DNA of 63,986 bases, filler included, from Welwitschia mirabilis (taxonomy: Eukaryota), in the NCBI GenBank assembly GCA_051453625.1. It is 5 parts of one record of this genome, joined end to end, with 100 filler letters (N's around TTAATTAATTAA, not from the genome) between each part and the next. Parts side by side here need not be neighbours in the genome. Positions count along the whole stretch, not along the records: positions 31,247 to 58,742 come from JBOZIK010000001.1; 4 more parts are not named here. One strand, given 5' to 3'. The position numbers and the translations under genes are program-made. The notes beneath the pieces were generated by a model that had not been told where the DNA came from, did no database searches, and was given only the letters and a program-made list of their open reading frames with translations. Numbering within the stretch: the stretch's first letter is position 1; each line of letters opens with the position of its first letter. Shown here piece after piece: positions 43,001-55,880 of the stretch.

Positions 43001-46000
43001 TATTAATTTCTTTACTGCTAATCATATTTGATAATAATTGGTCAAACTACATCATGAGACCGTCCAAATCTACTATTCTAATATGTATTTCAAATAGCAT
43101 ATCAAATTTTCCACAAAGGTAGTTCTAATATCATGTCATATGGTCTTATGAATGAATTAATTTAGTGTCAAAATGGTTGCAATTTAAAGAATAATAAGAA
43201 AATGTGTTGAGGAAGCTTGCTTTCATTATAATAGGAAGAGTGACAATTTGCTTAAAAAAGCCCAATTCTTTTTAAATTATCTTATATTGGTGATGGGTAA
43301 GTGATACGGTGCATGATATATACACCTATGAATCACGAACTTTATAGCATGATTGGGACAACCTCAATCATAAGTTAATAGAAGATCAGAAACATATGTT
43401 ACACTTTGAAACTTAAGCTAATTGTCTTTTGAAAATATTTATCCACTATACCCAATTTAGTTCCACTGGTTTTGGTTTCATGTTTATTCTAATCAACTAT
43501 TTGTATGTTGCTAGTTTTCTTTTTACTTTATTTATTGGTTTGAACAACATACAACTTATATAAAAGTCATAAAATAAAAAATAACAAAAACAAAACTTAG
43601 TTTTGTTGTTCTAATAATTCATTTTGATTTCAGTTTTTCTTGTTAAGCCATGAAAAAGGCAAAAATAGAGAGAGACACAGAAAGAAAGATTAATTCTTGG
43701 TTCCACACTGATTTTATTTCACAAAGAGTGATTTTTTAGGTTAAACTAGGGTGGACACAAAGCATGATTAGCTAACTTATGATGTGTAATACTTGAACTC
43801 CATTTCAGAGTGCTAGAACAACAACTACATTATAGTTGCAACTAATTTCAATTTCCTAAATCCTTCCATATGGTGGATCTCTCTATAATAAAGGGGCTTG
43901 TAAAAAAAATTCTCTTATTTCACTTTCATAACTTTGGTCCAAAGAAACATCATTAAATAACAATCTCTATAAGTAATTTTTCTTAGGAGATACATTAAAT
44001 GCTTCTAGATTTCTCAGCTCTAGCCCTTTAGCTCTATGTTCATATACTAAGTTCTAGTCTATTATATATGTCTTACTAATCCCATTCAAACTGTGCCAGC
44101 AAAAACTGGACTTCGGCTTGTTTAATAGTCTAATTCCAAGAGTACACAGAGAAGAAGTGATTATAAGAAACTCTTCATTAACTAAATCCTTTCAACAATT
44201 GATAATAATTGCCCTTTCCATCATTGGCTAAGTAAATTTCATAATGATACATGCCATTAAACAATGGAGAAGCCAAGTTATGTATCTGTAAGGTCACCTC
44301 ACCTTGTAAATACTGTTAATGAAATATCTTTGCTACTTAAGATCAAATGGAAAGATCTTGCTCTTTGATAATTATATTCGTAATCCTTTGATCTTGGTGA
44401 ACTCTGTATGTATTTATTGAAGACAAATTTCCGCATGCATTGTAATGCAGAAGAAAACTAAAGTTAAAAGAATTGCAGCATATACGAATTGCATAGGAGC
44501 AAGTTTGTCCCACAATGTGACAGATAAATACCAACAAGCTCATCAGCTTACATTCGTGATCCAGGTAAATGACGGTTAGTATTTTTTTATGTAGGAATGG
44601 AGAAAGGGGTTCCGTCTTAAACCATTACTTCTTGAAAAGAAGCCACAAGGACGTTTGTTTATCAAAGCAGAGAATTTCGGCGTGGAATAACATTCTAATA
44701 ATAATTATTGCCAATTTTTAGGAAATCTTAAGAAGAAATGCATCTACAAATTCCATGGCATTTAATAACCTCACGGGAACTTTTTTAGTTAATTATTATA
44801 AGTGGCAGAGTCTTTCCTTATGCAATTGGAATTTTTCCCCTTGTTGAAAATGATTTAGTGTGAAGTTGCAGATTATCACAGGCTGGAAAACTTAGATATG
44901 CTGTGAAATACAAGAACAATGGATGCAAATAGAAGACTACGACATGTAAATCAGATCAAAGAACTCTGCAGATCACGATTGTGCATACAACTGAAGCTTT
45001 GGATACATTTATGTTATCAAATCAATATTGTAAGCAAACCTCATTAGACAAAGTTTTACTACATGTATTTTGATTTTAATATTTGCATTCTTACAAAATT
45101 CACTGTATTAACAATCTTTGAAAAAGATTTAACTTGAATATAATCTTTTATAAGTTTCTAGTGCAGCTTCATATGAATGAGATTGGCCCAAATACGGGTT
45201 CATTCACTTAATCCAAAACAATAGATTGGTAAGTAAAACGTCCAAGACATTGTGCAATTATATCTCTCTCTAAAGTGTCACCATATTATAAAGTTGGACC
45301 CCAAAGAATGTGTGGTCTTGACAGATTCAAAGAAAAGCTTGAAAAGATTCTAGAAGATGAGAGAGTTAATTTGTAGCTGAATTATTGGTGGTGAATGCAC
45401 ATGCATCAACTTAGTATTTTCATTACGTATGACACCACTTCCTGTATGCAACATCCAATTCTCTGTTTTCATTTCTCGGTTCTGGTAACCACATAACAAA
45501 GTAAGAGGTTAAGCCAGTATGCACAACGAGAAAGCTAAGGCCACTTTGTGAAAGAGATTTACTGCCACTGAGAACAAGGAATACCCTTGTGAAAAGAATG
45601 AATGACATTGTAAAGGAAAGGAATGGCATTATGAAAAGGGAATTCAAATAAGACACAGAAAATGAAGAAATTTGATGATGATGAATGTGAAATGCCCGGA
45701 ATAGAGGCTAAAGCACTTTAAATGCTCTGCAAACATCAAAATGAGTGAGCTCTTTCAATTCTATGAGGCAATCTCGTTCTTTCTACAAAACACCCAGAAT
45801 TGTAAGGACTACTGCTGTTTTGAAAAGGATGAAGGTAACGCGACAATAAGAAATTAAGTTCGTTCTGAAAAGAATGAATGACATTGTGAGAAAAGGAATG
45901 CCACTGTCAAAAGAGAATTTCACACTCGGGTTCACCAAGCTACACATGCAGAGAGAACATGGGAAGATTAAAAACACTTTGCAGTTGGATACGGCACAAC

Positions 46001-46668
46001 GTCACATAACCATTGAAATATAGTTCATCCGAAAAATGTATAATACCAAGACCAGCTAAGAAGATTGAAAACAAGTTGCAGTCGGTTGGATTCAGCCCAA
46101 TGTAACATAATAATGACATATAGATAATCCAGAAAACGTAACAGCATAAATAATGCAGACAATTGTGCTATTCATTTACAGCACGCCTGCAAGAGTAGAT
46201 ATCAATTTTTGCACGATAAGGTCAAAAGAATGGCAAGCATATCTACTATCAGTGCAATAAAACAGACAATTATGCAGAGGTTTCGCCAATAATTATTTTA
46301 ATTTCGAAAACTGCTGGCCAAAAAATTGGATCAATAAACCCTAGAACATCGATCAAGAATTTTCACAAACAATCTTTAAAAATAGATGAACGAATAATAT
46401 CTTACTTCCATCAAGTGAAGCTAATCTGATTGCAACAAAACAAAGAAATATGCAGTGGCACAAGATAGCGGTGTACATTTCATTGCAGGGTGAGATCCAA
46501 TGTGGATCTTGTTTAACATTCAGGAAGCCTTAAATCGGCAATAATTATTTGAATTTCTAAAACTGTTAGATCAATTAATTGGGGCAGAAAAACCTTAAAA
46601 CTTCGATGAAAGATCCACGAACGATCTCTGAAAATTGGATGAATGAATAAATATCTTACTAACATCAC

Positions 46669-47241
46669 TCAAATGATGGAGGCTCTCCTTAGAACTTGTT
46701 TGCCTGCAACAACAGTACCGACTACAGCGCCGCCGATTGCACCGGCAACGGCTGCCGATCGAAGTCCAGCGGTGGCCCTGAAAAGCGCGCCTGTGCCAAG
46801 CCCTGCAGCTATGCTATTCCAGATATCATCCTGACCGTTTCTTGCAGCAACGATTCCGCTCTCCGTTCCTGCGTAAAGAAGTCCGACGACGCCGAGCTTG
46901 TTGCCGAACTTTCTTCCGCTGTGACCAGACGCGTTCAGAACCCTATTGATCCGCAGCTTAAGCGAATCCCCTGGTTCTCGCGCCTTTAAGCCTTCAACCA
47001 GGCCAATTCCGGCTCCAGAAACGGCGCCGACAAGGTATCCGCATCCCGTATAGTATTGTAGATTTTCTCCCCAGGATCGCCTCTGAACGGCGGCCTCTTC
47101 CGAAAAGAGGAATTCTGGAGACGTAGGAAGCTCGTAAAGATTCCTCAGAGGCACATAGTCGACTGCGCCATGGAAGCCCGTGTAAGGATTATAGACTCTC
47201 TTATTGTCACCATTTTCTGCTCCGTCCGCTAACCTCCTCAT
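46669..47241 (-). CDS. TIM23: Mitochondrial inner membrane translocase subunit TIM23 (190 aa, intronless)
   Basis: First in-frame ATG at 47241. MRRLADG...RVYNPY...[36 protein letters not shown]...[12 protein letters not shown]...[21 protein letters not shown] closely matches plant TIM23. Intact ORF with CpG retained. Confidence 0.95.
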   Translation of the reverse strand: MRRLADGAENGDNKRVYNPYTGFHGAVDYVPLRNLYELPTSPEFLFSEEAAVQRRSWGENLQYYTGCGYLVGAVSGAGIGLVEGLKAREPGDSLKLRINRVLNASGHSGRKFGNKLGVVGLLYAGTESGIVAARNGQDDIWNSIAAGLGTGALFRATAGLRSAAVAGAIGGAVVGTVVAGKQVLRRASII

Positions 47242-47881
47242 TTCGCTTCTACGCAAACGCCTGATGTCTTCCGCGTTCTCTAAATTGGAAGAGAATTTGC
47301 TGAGTATTTGAAGAAACAATCAAAAGCAAAGGAAAGGAAAGAACCGCCTCTGCTTTCGACGGCTTTCCGCCGAACCAGAAAACGATCTCAAAAGAAAATC
47401 ACGCACTCGCAAAAAGGCGCGGCACTGTTTTATCTCAAGTTTCGTGATCGCGAAGGAAGCTTGAAAGTAGAAACCCTGAAATTTCAGTTCTGGTTAATTC
47501 CAGCTTCGAAGTACAGAACAGTTTCGTAATCAAACTGAAAGCGACGATTTCAGAAGTTTAGAGGCTTCTATAACAATAAGAAGTTTGTTAAGGGGTTGAC
47601 CATCTCATATCGTCAACCAGGCATAATAAAAATTACATTTAAAAAAAGAAACATTTAGAACTCTTTCACATGATTATGCTAGTTATTATATGATTGCCTT
47701 TTAAACTCGGGGAAGTAGCCAATCATATGTTTGATTGTGCTTAGAGCCTATTAAGGTTAGAAGTACAACATATTTGCACTAAGGTTTTTATACTAAAATA
47801 CAGGAAGGGCGGCCAATTAACTCCATTGTCATCGTTACAGCCACATCTATCCTTTTTATTATTTTCTTATTGGCCACATTT

Positions 47882-48033
47882 ATTTTTTTTTTTTTTTTTT
47901 TGGAACTCTGTAGCCCATGCGCTCAATATGGGAATCAAACTTGGAACTTGACGCCTCATAAGCAGATGTCTAGAATCAAACTTGGAACTTGATGCCTCAT
48001 AAGCATATGTCTTTACCACTAGACTAAAGGTCC
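47882..48033 (-). mobile_element. tRNA-derived SINE with poly(A) tail and internal 41-bp tandem duplication
   Basis: Minus strand: A-box-like TAGTCTAGTGG, B-box-like AGTTTGATTCC, then a long A-run. Units at 47932-47972 and 47973-48012. Confidence 0.6.
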
Positions 48034-48439
48034 ACAGGCTTTTAAGCATTAGCATATTTGGTGATCCAAAATTATTATTTATAATGTAAAAAACTCCTTT
48101 TTTTTTTAAGTATTTAGAAATTTGATGTTAAAATATAAATTTAATTTTAAAGTTTTAGTAATGTACCATTAATAGACAAATTGACAAACCGAAGTCATTA
48201 GCAGAAATATGTATCTTGTAAATGACGGTGAGTGTTAATAGCAAAGATTGATACCTAAATAGTAAATTCTTTATGCATTTTTGAGACTACTTGTAAAACA
48301 CTTTGCAATATTACCCCCTTGAGTTAGCCAAAGGGAAATAATATTTTCTATCAATGCAAATCAAGTGTGAAGCCTGTGACATATCTTTAAAAAAGATTAA
48401 AAAAGATCCGGGAAGTGTTCAAAGTGTTTCTAGTGGATT

Positions 48440-48820
48440 TGCGAATGAGATCAGTTTGAGATTGAACGCTTATGGGAAAGTAAATTGTAGCAAAGAAAAG
48501 AATGAAATTATTTCATAAGACGGTCCTTTTAGAGAAGAAAATTTCATGAAGGTGCTAAAGTTGTCTAGTATAATTATATATTTTACCTCTTTTTAAGGAA
48601 ACTCGACCCAAAATGGGAATGCCCGTTTAAAGTTGTAAAAGCTTATCACTATGGTGCTATTAATATTAAAGATCTTGAAAATGTTCATCTGATCTAAGCC
48701 AATCATTCTAAAGTTAGATTGTTTACAAATTCGATCACATCCACTAAGGAAGACATTTCATGTAGTTCTAACCACTAATTATTGAATACCTCGGATGCCT
48801 CCTATGGATTCGATGGGGGG
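48440..48820 (+). pseudogene. Ty3/gypsy integrase C-terminal (GPY/F) remnant with following purine tract
   Basis: KLDPKWECPFKVVKAYHYGAINIKDLEN, followed by GATGGGGGGA. Confidence 0.55.
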
Positions 48821-51800
48821 GATAACATTATATCTAGTGCCTTAGCTTTTTGATGTATTTAAAATGTTATTTTAATTTGGTGTACAAAATCTTAGTATGG
48901 TAGTAAGAGTAAAAAATAAAGCATTCATAATCATTCAAATGAAGGATTTTAATTACACCCGAAGGGTGATAGTGCGTCAAAGAGGGCATCCAAATGTTTG
49001 AACCCACAATCTTCTACATGAAGGATGAGTGGATTAGTGTCCCAGTAGTTGGACCACTACACCATTGGCTATTTTCCCTTTTCAATAAAATAATTCATAA
49101 TGTCAAAGGAAGTTATACTAAATAGCCAACAAAGTACTATTTGATAGGCCTTCATTCTCTTAAAAAACATGTCTATATAACAAAAGATACCTTACTATAT
49201 TTTATGATACTAGGAAAGGTTATATGCATAGCACTAAACAAATGTAAAATGCCTCATCAAAACACACTTCAAGACCCTTCATTGGCACTTTGTGAAATGC
49301 TCCCTCAAGTTTTCACTCATCCATTCCATTAATCCCTTTGTTAGAGGTTCTTCAAGTTATTCTCGCACATATTTTCTATAAGATTTATGAATGGATATTT
49401 AAAAAATCAATGATTCTCTAACCAAACTTCATTATGTTGGAGTTTTCATAAACACAATAAATTGTAGAATGATTTTTAAGTGTCTTCACACTATCAATGT
49501 AGAAGTTGAAAAGAAAAACTAATATGTCTAGCTTCATTCATAATGAGTTCTTGGACTAGTAAGTTACATGCAAATATACTTCATGAAAAATCGTCACCAA
49601 CATTGAGATTGCCCTCCAAACTAATTAAGAGGATTTGGAATTCAAAACCTTTAGTGATTGTACCTTCCCCAAGGCATAGCCACCATGATTGCCTAAACAA
49701 ATAATTTAATTATGCTCAAGGCCTCACTGTATGTCAATTAGGTCATTTGAAGGTTGAAACCTATAAATTCCTAAATGGAGAGTAAGTATCTGACTAGTTG
49801 GGCTACCATCCCATTGACCCTTCAAATCAATTAGATTAAGTGATGACAAAATGAAAATTTAAGCATCCATGCTCATTATGCCTACCCCAACATAATTTTT
49901 ATAAAACTATAAGTCTATGAAACCTAAAAAGTCGAGGGTATATAGCTTTTTAAGAAAGCCACCTAAAGACATAGTAAATCAAATTTTATAGTAGAACATG
50001 CATTTTGTTACTTTATCAAACCTTTGGTGAATGCAATAAAGCATCATGGGGCAAGGGGAGGAAAGATAAGAGAATTTTTATATGAAACCAATCTATAGTC
50101 ATTCCTCTCAAATCCAGTAGAGCTTGTTTGATTAGATTTATCAGATTTGAGAAGTTATCGAATTCAAAAAATACATATTGATTTTGAAGTAAAAAATTAA
50201 CAAAGTGGGGGAAAATTAAAATGCATCTTTAGTTTGCTATTTTAATACATTTTACTTGCTACTTTTCTAGATTTATTTTTGATTTTTTAAAGACATCTTG
50301 CAAGATGCAAAAGAATATTTTATATTCTTTATTATAAAATACATATTTTCGTTATAATATATCATTCCTAACCATAATTTTAAGGGTTAATTATACCTCT
50401 TAAACTTGATACTTAGGGAATTCTTATTAGTTTTATATCAGCTACACTTTTGACAGTTTGCGATGTTTCCCTATAGGAATAGAGTTTGTTGAACAAATTT
50501 TTATTGAATATCACCTTTGATCGGAATGACTTTTTAAGGGTCTTTTTTTTTTTTAAACAAAGGTGAAGAAAGCATATCTTAAAAAGAGTAAAGTTTCTTT
50601 AAAAGAATAAAGCTTTCCATTGTCATATTCTATCATTATGAAATGTCTTAAACTAGTTTGTTAAATATCAATTTGTTATCAACGATACAAGGATTAATTT
50701 GTAAGGATCCTTTACGTTGTTGAAGCCTTGATGCAAAGGGCAATTTTGTAAAGGATGTCAAACTCGAAATTTTTAGTAACCATACCTCCCTGTGGGGGTA
50801 TAACTACACCGATATCATAACCTTAAAGTTTCAGTGACCAAAGTATAATCACCATGATCACTCAAATGATTTATTATTATTATTTTATTTTTTTTTAAAA
50901 AATAAGTCATGAAGACCAAACCACAGTTATGATAGGGACTTGTTCATGTGGCTAGATGAAAATCCTTAGGTGGCCCTAGCGATCTAGGAGCTTACCACCA
51001 ACTATCTAGGTCTTGCATGTGAGCTATACTAAAGATATAGAAGCTTGTGTGGGGTTGCGCCTTAAACACATGAGTAAGAATTATAAGCCAATCCCCTTGC
51101 CACTTACAAATATGACTTCAGCCAACTACACTATAGAATAAGGTCTACATTAAATTAATGATATATAAATTTAAAGAATTAGACTAATGTTTTTTATGCC
51201 CATTTGAGAAAGCTATATAACGGTATAGCCTCCTTGTGATTAAAGGCTCCCCATTCCTCCTATTCGATAAGGTGATTTGTCATCAAACATAGATTGATAC
51301 ATTCGAGACCCTTTATAATCTTTGCAAATTTAACATATGTACTTGACCAACCAAAGTATCTCTAATTTTATTCATCAAATCTAAATTCGTATTAAAATTA
51401 CCAACAATTAAGACAACTAAAATTAAGTATATCAAGATTTTGAAACATCATAGCAAATTCCTCTTACAATCTCTCCCTATCTTTAGCTGCTTCTTTGCAT
51501 TAACCCTAACCCAAGATCTCTCCTTTCAAATTAGCATATAACTTGGCTTAGAAACTAGACTAATACCTTGTGAGTGTCCACAACATGAAACTACATAGTT
51601 ATGCACTCTCCAGTAATTTTAAACAATTTTCCTCCTCCATCATCAATTCTTGGATTCCAAATAACTCACACTTGGAAAAATAACTATTTTTATATTTCTT
51701 CTTTCTTCTTGCTTCTTAATTTTAGAGTGCCTCCAAAGTTTTCCTAATGCATCATGCAATTCATACGAGTATCACTTCTACTGCTTCATGAACTCTACCA

Positions 51801-52139
51801 AACTTTGGTGTTGAGATGAGAGAGCATTTCTATAAAAAGGAGTAGAAACTCATTCATATGTATATGATTTAGATGCAATAATTAATACCAAAGTGCTTAA
51901 TGTAACATTTACTATTATAATCATCAAAGAATTTGTTGGCTGTTATAGCTCTTAAGCAAAACGACATGTTATCTTTGATAGGCTAAACCATTCATCTACA
52001 TCCTCAAAATGTCAAGTCCCGTCCCTTGAACTTTTCACTTTCACAGTGCTCCAGAAGCCTTTATTAATGTTGTAGCTCTAAAAATCCATGAGATCCATCT
52101 AAAAGGAACAATTTCTCTATGTAACTACTAAGTTAGTAG

Positions 52140-52241
52140 TCCCTTGGAGACATCTAACAGGTAGAGCAGTGCTCCCATAGCCGTGGTTGTGAATTCAATT
52201 CTCAAAAAAAATCTTTAAAAAAAAAAAAGAAAAAAAAGAAA
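52140..52241 (+). mobile_element. Short tRNA-derived retroposon (SINE-like) with poly(A) and 17-bp TSD
   Basis: Body contains CAGGTAGAGC and GTGAATTCAATTCTC, then an A-rich tail. Flanks AACTACTAAGTTAGTAG (52123-52139) and AACTACTAAGCTAGCAG (52242-52258). Confidence 0.7.
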
Positions 52242-52845
52242 AACTACTAAGCTAGCAGGCCTGAAACAAAACGTCTCATCAATCATCTTTATCAAGAAAA
52301 CCCAACTTCTACTTTGACACAACTGGCTATAACCAATAAGACCTTGGAAGAAAACCAAACCAATCTATACTATACAGTATCCATAACAAATCTTAAATAT
52401 ACAGAGAATGCTTTGGAGGTGATATATTTCTTGAGGGGCATGCGCGCGCACACACACACAAATAAGGAGAAAAAACCTGAAGAAAAAGAAAAAAAAAAGG
52501 AAAATAATTGTAACAAAAATGAAGAGACATCCTAACTGTAAAGTGCTGCTCCCATAAAATTTCGGAATCTTAAAATGAACATCACATTCTTGATACAATG
52601 ACACTAAAACTCAAAACAACCCTGTGCTTTGTTCAGGGGAAATGCTTCTTTGATACCAGGAGATATGACACCAAACCACAAACCAACAATACCTTATGTT
52701 TTGCAGGTAGATATTTGAATGGCTTCTCACTTGCCTACTCTTCAGGAGGGCTAACAGAAGAACTTTAGATGAACAGTTCATCTAATTACTATAACTACGT
52801 AACTGAATGCCAGTGGAAATATCAAATCAGAACTTAGATTATCAA

Positions 52846-54897
52846 CTAATGTTGACCAGTTTGATGAGTTCCGGATGGCTTCCCCTTAACTTTGTTAAAA
52901 ATGCGTCCAAGTTTGGGAATGTGTGGCTTCCTTCTTCTGGAATGAGCATTCCCTTCAGCAGAGTGATCAGGATGCTCATCTTTTGGCAGTTCATAGGTAA
53001 TCTTCAGATTTAGCACTTCTGCAAGTGACCCAGTAGGAACAGTTTTGTTGTCCCTTGTTTCTGTGGCGTCATCTTCATCCCCATCGCTTATGATATCAGG
53101 CTGAGAAGCAAAGGTTACTGCCTTCTTTCGCTCTTCATGATCTCGCCATCTTCCCAGATCATTTTCCACTGCATTTCTGGCTGAGTCTGTTCTGTCTCCA
53201 GTTTCCAAGGCTTCTTCCTCTGATGATTTTGGATCATCAACTTCTTGATTTGCTTTTTCGGTTTCTGCAAGTTCATTTGAATCGTCAAGATGTCTACTCA
53301 TGGATTCATATTCATCATAAGGTACTTTGAAATCTGCACTATAGTCTGATACAGATCTCGTTATGCCACTGGTTTTATCTGGAAGGTCTCTGATTTTCGC
53401 AAGAGCCATTGCCTCTGCTGCTTTAGCTGCTTGTACGTCCTTTAAAGCATCCTGCAATCTGAGCTCTACAGTTTCAGCTGCAACCTTTCTCTCTTCTGCT
53501 TCAGACTTAGCTTTCTGGGCTTCCTCTTTCATTAATTCTCTCTCTTTCTTGGCCTCGTCGACCTCAGAAGCCATCTTCTGCAGCACTAACGTAAGACTCG
53601 AGGCTGCACCTTTTGCTTTGCCAAACTTGCCCTGCTTTTATGAAGTTCTGCGTTAAGAGATGCCGTTGCTGTTTCAGTCTCTGCGTCCTTTCTTTTCAAA
53701 TCAGCCAGTTCCCTTCTGACTTTGTCAAGCTCAGCCTTCAGAATGTTTATCTGGGATTTTAGAAAAAGCCCCTCTTCTGTGACTTTTTCGAGATTGGACT
53801 TTGCTTCCTCTAGTTCCAAATCCTTGGATTCTGAAGAACGAACGTCCTCAGATGTTTCAGTTTTTGATTGTGGCAATGCAGGGTTAGATTGCGACTCCTG
53901 GACAAAAGCAAGCTCCCTGCGCAGAGATTCTACTTCTGCTTTTGTGACAGCTAATCTGGCTTCCAGATCTCTTGAGGAATCAACCTCTTTCTTCAGAGAC
54001 TCCAGTTCTTCGCTCAGTTTCTGAATTGTTTCTGCTGCCCTGGATGCCTCAGCTTCCTTTTCTAACAGAATGGAAGCCTTTTCTTTTTCAGCTTCAACAG
54101 AAGCAACCTGGATAAGAACAACAGAATCATTTGTCTCGTATATGTCTTTTGAAAGCTCGTCAAGTGTTTTGAGATTTGTTTCTTTCGCAGAAGTGGAGTT
54201 TTCAACTTGTCTTATTGCATAAACTTGAGCTTCTAATGCAGTGTCTTTTTCTTGACTGAGTTTTCGCAGATCATGGTCGGCATCGTTCAGGCCATGCTGC
54301 TCCGATGCATTGTTTAATTCTGCCTGCCAAATAGTAGCAGAGGCTTCTGTATTTGCAGGTTTAGGTTCCTCGGCATGCGGCTCCGCTGTCTCAGACAACT
54401 TTGTTGCTTTAGCTGTGGGTTCTCTCGTTTTCTCCAGTTGAAGTGTCAAATCTTCAACAATTTTCTTAGCCCTTTCAAAGTCCAGAATAGCCTGAGACTT
54501 CGTAGATTCTGCATTCTTCAGTTGCTCTTTTGCTTTAGATAGTTGCTTTTGTATGATGTGCAGTTCTCTGTCTTTGGATACCCGTTTCTAGATAACGAGG
54601 AAAACAATCAGAGAAGAAGTTTAGCGGCAAAAGACTGCAGAAGCCGCACACACAACAGAACCCAATTCTAAAATTCAGGTTAAAATTGCAAACAAAATCA
54701 CAGTATTGGTATTTTCTATTTACCTCTCCTGCTGCAAACTTATTGAATTTATTCACATAAATCTGTCCTCCAAGAACCTTCTCACCAAACAGAGTTACAG
54801 CTTCTTTTACAGACTCAAATGGAGCTGTGGTGTCAATCTCTGCCTTATGAAATACAGACTGTGGTGATGCATTACGAGACGCTACAGTACTTGCCAT
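52846..54897 (-). CDS. WEB family (DUF827/WEMBL) coiled-coil protein, At5g55860-like; exons 54724-54897 and 52846-54587; frameshift near 53620
   Basis: EIDTTAPFESVKEAVTLFGE signature. A phase-0 GT-AG intron (54588-54723) joins exon 1 to KRVSKDRELHIIQKQLSKAKEQLKNAE, in frame with ORF 53586-54449. The C-terminal half (AAKAAEAMAL...AVENDLGRWR...IPKLGRIFNKVK) is in a different frame. Confidence 0.85.
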
Positions 54898-55122
54898 CTT
54901 GCTTACCTGATTAAGATCTGTAAATGTTGAAAACCAAGGAAATCAGGAGTTAACAGAATCTGAACATGTTGTTGCTAAGAAATAAAAGTTGAAAGCATTC
55001 CTGCTACTCGGGGTACTGCATATCATCATAACCTCCATATGATGAACTACTCTTCCCTTTCAATCAGCCTGAAGCCATTAACATTTTTCATTTCTGTAGT
55101 CCATATTACTTGGGCTGACTCA

Positions 55123-55258
55123 AAATTTAGTACTTTTGTGGGGTTGCAGAATTAATGAAAATGCTGATGCATACTTCTACCTTAAAGAAATTTGCACTTT
55201 TGTGGATTTGCAGAATTGATGAAAATGCTGATGCATACTTCTGCCTTAAGAAATTTGC
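55123..55258. repeat. Tandem duplication of about 65 bp in the WEB 5' intron
   Basis: Two copies of ACTTTTGTGG..TTGCAGAATT.ATGAAAATGCTGATGCATACTTCT.CCTTAA. Confidence 0.85.
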
Positions 55259-55788
55259 TACCCAAACAAAAGGAATTGTAAAGAGCACATCATTTATCTA
55301 TGGATCTGTGCATTTTTCATTGAATGATGTAAGGAATCTTTTATAATGGGAAAGCGCACAAACAATTCAACTTGCAGACAGAATGGATTACATCTCTAAG
55401 CATTTCAAATGGAGACCAGTCTTTGCAGATAAAAAGATTGATGACTTATTTCTTTCATAACCTTAAATATAACTGTAACGAAGAACACAAAGCTAGGTCA
55501 TTCAAATGTGCTGAAAACTTTCAGTTTCTTGATTATCCACATATGACATAGGCAATTCAATTATGTTCTGTAAAAGGTCACTACAAAGTCCTCAGAAGAA
55601 TGGGGAAACAAAAATAAATAAAGGAATTCTAAAAGAAGGCACTGTGATCCAAAATCTGCTTTCGTAATTCAGGTCTAGAAGCCTACCCCCATCCACATTT
55701 TCGTGAATAACGCATAAAGAAAACCAAAGAATTCATATGGATGTGTCAATGGACAAAAAACCTTAATGAAAAAGCCTCGATTACATAC

Positions 55789-55880
55789 CTTAGATCTTCT
55801 TCAGCAGCTTCTGCTACTGTAACCTGCAACTTTCTGCAACTGCCCAGCAGAATTATCCCAAGTCCATCAACGCCAAAGTC
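55789..55880 (-). other. Probable 5'-UTR exon of the WEB gene
   Basis: TTTTCAG acceptor and AAG|GTATGT donor upstream of the ATG exon. Confidence 0.4.

Noticed and set aside
44490-44560. CTGATGAG on the minus strand suggesting a hammerhead ribozyme (also CTGATGA at about 40688 and 62275)
   Set aside because: No stem II closed by GAAA and no supporting stems I/III.
46643-46989. Plus-strand ORFs overlapping TIM23 (likewise 53363-54024 over WEB)
   Set aside because: Antisense shadows of real coding sequence with no recognisable domains.
47242-47319. 26-codon N-terminal extension of TIM23 in the ORF track
   Set aside because: Starts at a non-ATG codon; the ATG at 47241 gives a typical-length TIM23.
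53616-53626. 11-nt GT...AG segment whose removal would restore the WEB frame
   Set aside because: Far too short for a plant spliceosomal intron, and homology indicates missing rather than extra sequence.
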